Of a stretch of 64,000 nt of DNA, positions 55,430-64,000 are shown in pieces. Both the position numbers and the translations under genes were made by a program. The stretch comes from Octopus vulgaris (taxonomy: Eukaryota). The notes beneath the pieces were generated by a model. It saw nothing but the letters and a program-made list of their open reading frames with translations, had not been told where the DNA came from and did no database searches. The stretch's first letter is position 1. Each line of letters begins with the position of its first letter. Location: positions 30,442,001-30,506,000 of the forward strand of contig OX597828.1 of the NCBI GenBank assembly GCA_951406725.2. The letters are read 5' to 3'.

Positions 55430-56035
55430 CTTTAGTTGGGGTACAAATAAAACGAGTTTTGGGACTTCCAAATCATGAACAGCCTGTATATAATTGCTCA
55501 CGAGAGACGTAAGAAAAAGGAGAATGTTAATTCCAATAACCGTAGTTTCGCTGGAAACTAGAACAGTTGAAATTCAAAGGGGAGGTCAGATGGAATTAAC
55601 AGATTCCGTGGAATGAAAACATCCTCACTCTTATGTTTCCTAATGATATTTGCTGCCTCTAGGACATGGGGTTGCATCGTTTTCACGACTATTCTGATGC
55701 TATTGCATAGGTGAGGTGGAAATTGATTCATGAGTAGCATGACAGGTGCCCCCTTTTTAAGTGTTAATTTGTGAGGTGGCATCTCAGATGGCTGTAGAGA
55801 GTTCAGGAACTCAATTGGAAAAACTGCAGCTTGGTCCTCACCAATGACAGCGTCGATGGATTTGAAAGACTATTCTTTTCCTGGCAACAGCTGCAAGAGA
55901 TCGCATTTGATTTTGTCAACAGCAACATTACGTGGAGCTAAGCTGGCTCGCTCAAATAGCTATTGACTGTTGTTAAAGTTTTGTGCAATGCTTGGAAACA
56001 CTTGCATTTTGAGATCATAAACAGTTGGCAACGCA
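55430..56035 (-). mobile_element. Helitron PIF1-like helicase fragment 2 (C-terminal part of RepHel)
   Basis: Peptide VFPSIAQNF..ERASLAPRNVAVD..FKSID..FPIEFLNSLQPSEMPPHKLTLKKGAPVMLL..LCN..VFIPR..LPFEF..QLYTGCS. Confidence 0.92.
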
Positions 56036-56408
56036 AGCTAGCCTGTGGTGAGATAGTGCCACAGGTTAGCTTGTGTTGCTGTTACAATTCTCCATATAAA
56101 TGATATCAATGTGTGTATCAAATAAAATTAAAATCCTGATTCATTGACAAAACTATCAAGTTTGTAAAGTTTTAAGGATTTTGGTAACATCATGTTCGCC
56201 ATTCTAATTAAATATTGAAAGAGAGAAAATGCCAATCTCTCTTTTACAAGAGAAATGAAGTTAGCTTGGCTCGTGTAGCGTGCATGACATCGCCTCTAAC
56301 CCTTTCCAGTGTCCAATATGAACATGTACAACCTCTAGACATTTATGAAAGTTGAGTAATAGGAAGGTTAAAGGGATGCTCGGGTGAGGAAGAGGGGTGT
56401 TGGGAAGG

Positions 56409-56526
56409 TAGGGGAGGGGTTTCTCGAACCCCTTACCCTATACCCGGTGGGACAATGGAGAACGGTATAGGGAAAGGGTTTCTCGAACCCCTTACTCTAT
56501 GCCCGGTGGGACAATGGAGAACGGTT
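56409..56526. repeat. 59-bp tandem duplication, each unit containing a G/C-rich hairpin
   Basis: Two copies of TAGGG..AGGGTTTCTCGAACCCCTTAC.CTAT.CCCGGTGGGACAATGGAGAACGGT. Confidence 0.9.
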
Positions 56527-56849
56527 TAAAGAAGGGTATAGAAGGGAGACGCAGCCCCAATTCTGGGACTGGAGGCGTCGCCCCACTTCCGCCAGTTATG
56601 TAATGTTAGTTATCAGCATACAATATGTTTTAATCTCTATCCAAGTATAATTACTCACAACTGATTTAAAATAAAAGTATCCAGTGTTAAAAAGTCGAGT
56701 TGCTTCACGTATATTAAAAATAGGTAACGTAAGTTAGTAGCAACAGTCGTTACACCTTGTGCTGTATTGAATATATGGTGTGGTTTTAAAGCCAAGTTAT
56801 TTCAAGCATGCTGGTATCTGTTAGACACCCTTATTCATAATTTTAATAA

Positions 56850-56920
<71 letters not shown>

Positions 56921-57020
56921 TTGTCTTTATGTGTGCATATATGTATATGTATTTATGTATACCGTATGCGCGTTTCTGTGTGCGTGCGCGACCACGTGTA
57001 TGTTTGTGTGTATGTGTGAG

Positions 57021-57350
57021 TGTGTGTGTAATCGACGAATAGAGCTTTAATGCGTTCTTAAATAAAGCGATCCGTCTTCAACCTCTCTTTTGTGTGTGTA
57101 ATCGACGAATAGAGCTTTAATGCGTTCTTAAATAAAGTGATCCGTCTTCAACCTCTCTTTTGTGTGTGTGTAATCGACGAATAGAGCTTTAATGCGTTCT
57201 TAAATAAAGTGATCCGTCTTCAACCTCTCTTTTGTGTGTGTGTAATCGACGAATAGAGCTTTAATGCGTTCTTAAATAAAGTGATCCGTCTTCAACCTCT
57301 CTTTTGTGTGTGTGTAATCGACGAATAGAGCTTTAATGCGTTCTTAAATA
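57021..57350. repeat. 70-72-bp tandem array, four full units plus one partial
   Basis: Unit (TG)nTAATCGACGAATAGAGCTTTAATGCGTTCTTAAATAAAG(C/T)GATCCGTCTTCAACCTCTCTTT. Confidence 0.97.
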
Positions 57351-57869
57351 TTTTGTATGTGTGAAACATTTATAGTGTCTCGTATTAGCAGGTACATATT
57401 TCATAACACTCCACCCTATCATAATTGCTCAAGATTTATTACATCCTGAATTTCAATTTGAACTGGTAAGACAGGTAAGTCTATCAAAGGCAAACAGTGC
57501 ATTTGACATCAGTAGAAATAGGTGTGGTACAAGAAACACACAAAGAGTGGTTCCGCTGGAGTGAAATAATCAGCAATATCGAATTATTTTGGTGGAAAAA
57601 TAACCTTCGGTAAGCGAGACGGCGCCGCTTTCTTATGGGGTGTGCGGCGATCGAGCTTGTGTGCTGCTATTAGTCATGGCGTAGTACAGCTTGCTGGCCA
57701 GGTCTCCGTAGGAAATAAAATTGCTTTTACCTCGAGTTGCAAACGGGGGCACCCAACCGAACCATTCAATTGTAATCACGTGTCGATTCTGCCAATCCCT
57801 CGCTATCAAGCAGTTCTACGCCGGCCACGACTAATAGCAGCAGACGAACTTCCTCGCCGTAGGCCCTGA

Positions 57870-58360
57870 CACATGTACGAAAGCGATCCGTCTTCAACCT
57901 CTTCTTTGCCAACGTGACGGCATATCATGCCGCTTAAGTTCCAGATACACTGGGTGGGGTACCTCTCGAGGATGAAGGACCATCGCTTGCCTAAGATCTC
58001 GCTGTATGGATAGGTCTCTACTGATCATCGGGTCTGAGTGGCAGTAAAGATGTGATACTAGGACTGTTCGAAAAAAAAATCCCTTGCTGCCTGTCACAAC
58101 GATCAACACCGTTGGTCCAACTTAGCTGACGAGCATGATGCCTGGCATCTCGCCATCTAACAATTTTTCTCCCCCTTCGAAGACACCAGCAGGGCCAGTC
58201 TCAAAGACAAAAGCGCAGGGAGAAGAACCATAAAAATACGTCATCGACCGTCACTAAACACTCAGCTGCAGCCACTGTGGCCGCGCTTTGTAGCCTGCAC
58301 ATTTAGGAGCGTGCCGGCAATACTCATGCAGCAACCACTCCTTAATCTTAACCAAGCCAT
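57870..58360 (+). mobile_element. RTE LINE 3' fragment
   Basis: Peptide QIHWVGYLSRMKDHRLPKISLYG, a C-terminal CSHCGR zinc-knuckle remnant and a CCAAGCCA end. Confidence 0.8.
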
Positions 58361-58426
58361 CACACACACACGCGCACGAGCACCTTGAGTCATTCTGTAA
58401 CTTCTAAATATAAATATGAAAATATA

Positions 58427-58491
<65 letters not shown>

Positions 58492-58494
<3 letters not shown>

Positions 58495-58894
58495 CGTAGG
58501 AATGGCTGTGTCGTAAGTAGCTTGCTTACCAACCATATGGTTCCGGGTTCATTCTCACTGCGTGGCACCTTGGGTAAGTGTCTTCTACTATAGCCTCGGG
58601 CCGACCAAAGCCTTGTGAGTGGATTTGGTAGCCGGAAACTGAAAGAAGCCCGTCGTATATATATGTGCGTGCGTGTTTGTGTGTCTGTGTTTGTCCCCCC
58701 CAACATCGCTTGACAACCGATGCTGGTGTGTTTACGTCCCCGTAACTTAGCGGTTCGGCAAAAGAGACCGATAGAATAAGTGCTAGGCTTACAAAGAATA
58801 AGTCCCGGGGTCGATTTGCTCGACTAAAGGTGGTGATCCATCATGGCCACAGTCAAATGACTGAAACGAGTAAAAGAGTAAAAGAGTAAAGAGT
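58492..58894 (+). mobile_element. SINE family A, full length, low divergence
   Basis: Intact head TGGCTGTGTCGTAAG..GGTTCATTC, core, tail and GAGTAAAA terminal repeats. Confidence 0.95.
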
Positions 58895-58919
58895 ATATAT
58901 ATATATATATATATGTGTG

Positions 58920-58974
<55 letters not shown>

Positions 58975-58977
58975 ATT

Positions 58978-59222
58978 ATTTTACGAGTTTCAGTTATTTG
59001 GCTTTGACCATGCTGTAGCACTTTCTTTATTTGAGAAAATCGACCCTAGGACATATTCTTTGTAAGCTTAGTATTTATTCTATCGGTCTCTTGTGCAGAA
59101 CCTGTAAGTTACGGGGTCATAAACACACCAGCATCTATTGTCAAGTGATGTTGGGGGAGGGGACAAACACACACAAATATATACAAACCCATGCATATAT
59201 ATACACTCACAGACACACACAG

Positions 59223-59295
<73 letters not shown>

Positions 59296-59450
59296 CGACG
59301 GGCTTCTTTCAGTTTCCGTCTACAAAATCCACTCACAAAGCTTTGGTCGGTCCGAGGCTATAGTGGAAGGCACTTTGCCCAAGATGCCACGCAGTGGGAC
59401 TGAATCCGGAATCGCGTGATTGGTAAGCAAGCTACCTACCACACAGCAAC
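58978..59450 (-). mobile_element. SINE family A, inverted tail-to-tail with the preceding copy
   Basis: Reverse complement of 58500-58880. Confidence 0.93.
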
Positions 59451-59452
59451 AA

Positions 59453-59496
<44 letters not shown>

Positions 59497-61498
59497 GAAT
59501 GTAAAATAGATTATGAAGGATATATCGTGAACAAAACAAAATTATTTACTAATATAGCTATTATAACGGAGAGGGCTGCAAAAGCCTTTACAAATCTAGA
59601 AATAGCAGTCACAATCGCTATAAAGCCACTATGACCTCCCGTGATTTATTTCTTTACAATAAAAGCGGGCGACATGGCATAAAAGTCAAACCTAAATAAA
59701 AGGCAAGTCTTCTACTGCAATTTTGAAGTTAGGAACCAAAACGGTTCCACTCTTTTCATCAGGAGAGCATTCCCGGAGATACAAATTAACACATAAAACA
59801 TACATTGGGCCTTAACATGTGTCCCGACCAGCTAGAATGATATGTCAGCCTCTATCTACACCTTCAAATTCTGAATTCCAGCGTATGCAGAGCGTTTATG
59901 AGAATAGACCAGTGAATCAAGCCACGGCGAAAAACTGTATATGAGTGAAAAAAGGAAATTATATAAGAGGAATGGAAAAATACATTACGAAGGATATATC
60001 GTAACTGAGAAGTTTTAACTGCTATTTCTAGACATGTAATTGTTTTTGCAACTGTCTCCGCTAGAATGACAGAGTGAGAGAGACATACAGACAGACAGAG
60101 TAAGAAAATGAAAAGCTTTAGTCTGGCAGTCAATATGACAAACTTACAACTAAATGTGTGATAACAACAATACGTGTACTCATTATTGTGTTTGTAATTA
60201 AACCACATATAAATAAATGTGAGTTTAGAAAACCAAATATCTATTTATTTAACAAGCATGCAGTTCTCTCGTGGTAGTAATGCAGATTTTTAAGTATGGC
60301 AATATTATTCATATAAGTGAAAGTTCCGTCAATCGAACTTAATATTTCAAATACCGCATCAGAAATAGTGATGATAGCTGGAAGAAAATATAGGTGAAAT
60401 TTTTTTGACATTTCCATAGAGCATATGTCCATTAGAATTTTAATACCATGTAATCTTTCGTTTAAATGTATTTTTCTCGTTAATTCATAACTGTTTTAGA
60501 AATAATGTTTAATTTTTTTTCTGTCTGACTGAGATTGCTTCAAACGTAATTCACTTTGTGCGCGAAGGTATCATATTGCCGATAATTGACTAATTTAATT
60601 TTAATTAGTACAGCATCTTGATGTTCAGAAATGTAGAATGCACAATTTTAAGATCGAGTAAATGGCATTGTTGTTTTCAATTAAGGGTACCTGCATATGT
60701 GTGGCGTATGGGGTATTTAATTAAGTCATCTTATACTTGTTAACGTCAATATCTCTGGTAAATATTACTAATCAATAACATTGGTACTGTTTTGATTATG
60801 AAACCATCTATATTAATTTTAGAACAACAGGAATTATTTTAGTCAAACAACATGAACAAATGGTACACATTATTTTTTTCTCATTTCCTACATCATATTT
60901 TAAACAATTGCATTTCATTTAATAAATGTTTCTTTAGCCAAACGCAATTATAAAGGTATGTATGTACTCCATTAACAATTAAAACAGGGAAATTAATAAT
61001 AATTCATAAAACAAAAAGTTACTTATCAATAATTAAAGATGAGATGAAGAAAATAAAAACAACACTACTGCGTAATTCCTTTAAAGAACTTTCGTAAAAT
61101 GTGTTATTACGTACCTAGCACATGATTTATTACGATGCTAGAATATGTGTGTAAGTGTGTTTGCGAAATAATAAAATTTAGCTTGTGTAATATATCATCT
61201 AAAACAAAGTGGACAGATGGTATATCCAATGCCGCTCATGTCGAGTGTGCAGAGGCACGTTGACAGCTAGCGGAATGGGACTGCCAGCGTCTACTAAATT
61301 CAAAAGGGCCAATTGGATAAGTTAGCATTGAAGTCAAAGTTTTTTTAACGGGGACAGCGATTGTATATCAGCTGAGGAGATACAACGGGGTGCCATTATA
61401 TAGGTAAACGTTTGCTCTATGTTGGATCTATGTTGTATCGAAACGTATAGTGTTTATTGAATAGTTGTCTAACCATACTCCTTCTTCGCTCTATTTTG

Positions 61499-61582
<84 letters not shown>

Positions 61583-61597
61583 ACGTATATATATGTA

Positions 61598-62705
61598 TCA
61601 GGTGATCCTATACGTTCTGTCCGATTTTACCTTTTTTAAAATTGAATATTTAATAGTATTTTAAAATGTCTAATGGAGTTAAAAATTAATTTTATGCATT
61701 TGTGTACATTTAAACTAATTAAATATTATTTTACTGAATAATAAAATTAAAATTTCTTTCATTAAACCCTTTCTAACCTGGAAGGAAACTCTGCAGTCGA
61801 AGCATACACTCAGCTTATGGGAAAGAATGCTTGAATGAAAGAACTTGCAGAAGATGGTTTGCAAAATACAGAAGTGAAGATTTCAGCCTTGAAGATGAAG
61901 GTCGAACGGGATGTCCAGTTGAGTTTGATGATAAGCTCCTTGAGGCATTACTTGAAGAAAATCCTGCAATCGTGAATTGTCCGAAAGCAACCGCAAATCC
62001 CGATTTGACATCTACACTTCTCTCCACTCTCGCGAATTCATTTCACCTTGTGACTGGTCACGAAAAATGGATATTCTATCGAAATGTTAAACGTCGTAAA
62101 CAGTAACTTAGTAAAAGTGAAAAGGCTCAACCACAACCGATATAGGAAGTTCATGGGAAAAAGTTTCTTCTTTCTATCTGTTGGGATTGCAAACGAGTAA
62201 TTCACTTTGAAATGTTACCACCTAATGCAACAATAAATGCTCAAGTCTACTGTCAGCAATTAGAGCGTTTGTTCCAAGCTTTGAAGAAAAAAAGACCTGC
62301 TTTGTGAATCGGAAAGGAATTATGTGTCATCAGGACAATGCGCGACCCCACACTGCAAATCTCACATCACAGAAGATCGAAGATTTTGGCTGGGAAAAAA
62401 ATCCTCATCCACCTTATTCTCCTGACCTTGCTCCTTCAGACTATCATTTGTTTCGTAGTTTACAGGATCATTTGGGTGACATAACTTTCGCAAATCATGA
62501 GGAGTTCAAAATTGACATTTAAGAATTCTTCAATTTCAAACCAAAAGAGTTTTACATTGATGGGATTAAAAAGCTTGTAAATAGATGGAAGGAAGTCATA
62601 GATAATCAGGGAAAGTACATTGATGATTAAATTTCAATTAGATATAACATTTGATCATTTGTTTTCTTTATTCAAAATTCGGACATAACTTATGGCATGA
62701 CCTGA
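61598..62705 (+). mobile_element. Mariner transposon, same family as 2005-3226, with internal deletions
   Basis: TA-flanked TIRs TCAGGTGATCCTATACGTTCTGTCCGATTTT / AAAATTCGGACATAACTTATGGCATGACCTGA. Motifs RRWFAKYRSEDFSLED, VTGHEKW, HQDNARPH and HPPYSPDLAPSDYHLF. Confidence 0.96.
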
Positions 62706-62931
62706 TATATAAAAGACGAAAATAATTCGTTCTCTAAATTCATTATTTCTTATAGCATTCAGCTGTTTCAGATATCCGTTTGAGCTCGTTGTTGTTTCAG
62801 CCTTATCAATCGATCCATTGATTGACTGAAAATGTTCGATCCTCATCACTAAGTTATATCATTCAGAGGCGAAACAAAGCAACTGCCAAAAAGAGAGTAA
62901 TAAAGGAAAGCATGTGCCATTATTATAAAAC

Positions 62932-63062
62932 TAGGTAGAGGTCAATTTTGCCTTTCATCCTTTCGAGGCCCATAAATTAAGTACCAGTTGTGCAATGGGG
63001 TCGATCTAATCGACTAGCCTCCTGCCCACAAATTCGAGGCTTTGTGCCTATAACAGAAGGGA
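62932..63062 (+). mobile_element. SINE family B 3' fragment
   Basis: GAGGTCAATTTTGCCTTTCATCCTTTCG..GGGGTCGATCTAATCGAC..TTGTGCCTA. Confidence 0.85.
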
Positions 63063-63189
63063 TCATTATAAAACTAGGTCATGTATTATAATCCTAAGCG
63101 GGTGAATGGTACTGATATGAATATGAAATAAATTGTAAACAGTGCTCTGGTGCATTACAACGAAGAAAAAGCAAAACAAAAGCCATCAG

Positions 63190-63670
63190 GTGTACTGTTG
63201 GCGGATTCAACGAAGCATGGACGTGTTGAATGATTTAGTGTCTCGACAGCTGACAACTGATGCAGGTAGTTTATTCCATGCTTCGACAATTCTGAGCGCG
63301 AAAAATGTTTCCGAGAGGGCTGTGTTGTTTTTTGATTTTGTAAGCATGTCCACGTGTGTTTGTCATATGGAATTCAAGAAGGTGCCCAAGGTTGTTGTTG
63401 GAAAGATGCTTGATTATTTTTTAGGTGTATACCAAGTTAGATGTCAGACGTCTGAGCTTCAATGTGTCCATGCCCATGGAAGCTAGTCGTTTATACTATG
63501 GGTGAGAACTGACAGCGGCTTTTCGTTTTGTTGCACGTTTCTGAACACTTTCCAGGAATTTTATATGTTGAGCAAGATAGGGTTCCAGACTACTGATGCA
63601 AATTCTAAGTGCCGACGTATTATAGTTATATACAGTTTTAAATAGATAACTGGCTGACAAAGGCTTGCCT
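63190..63670 (-). mobile_element. CR1-like LINE 3' fragment
   Basis: Minus-strand peptide RHLEFASVVWNP/YLAQHIKFLESVQKRATKR..MDTLKLRRL..TRGHAYK..RIVEAWNKLPASVV. Confidence 0.85.
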
Positions 63671-64000
63671 GTGTAAAAAAAATTGATATCTACTAACTCA
63701 TCATCATCAAAGGCAGATTGTTCGCGGTTACGTGTGTATGTTGAAAAAGATTGAAAAGCAAAGCGTTAACGACTATACAAAAGCAAAGATACCCTGAGGA
63801 CTACTAATTAGTATAGCCTAAATTATTAGAAAATTAGTTATTTGCCACGAATTAAGATTAAGTATAAACAGCTTACAGCAATAGTTAAAATTAGTAATCA
63901 GGGATCATAAATAAACTATAGCAGGTAAAGTAACAACAAGTCTGTAATATAATCCTAAAATATAGCCCTAAGATATCATTGGTAAAGCTGTAATTGTAAG

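Noticed and set aside
57021-57350. Tandem array as a CRISPR-like locus
   Set aside because: The units are near-identical with no unique spacers, there are no cas genes, and the context is eukaryotic.

Overview
AT-rich, microsatellite-dense animal genomic DNA. The repeat landscape looks cephalopod/Octopus-like; this is an inference from the SINE and LINE types, not a database match. There is no confidently identifiable host gene, only two weak exon candidates, and most listed ORFs are translations of (TA)n/(CA)n/(AAT)n tracts. The window is a graveyard of mobile DNA. It holds two decayed copies of one mariner family, three tRNA-headed SINE families (called A, B and C here, 20+ copies), and CR1/L2-like and RTE LINE fragments. 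It also holds PIF1-helicase fragments of Helitrons and at least four Penelope-like (PLE) fragments. The most notable signal is a set of short non-coding elements embedded in (TA)n/(AAT)n tracts that carry minimal type I hammerhead ribozyme motifs, one of them behind a tRNA-like B-box head. Other notable observations are a near-perfect ~210-bp foldback containing a hammerhead 3' half, a PLE with a twin-priming-type inversion, and a LINE-SINE pair sharing a 3' tail. There are also two locally templated insertions, one amplified into a 70-bp tandem array.
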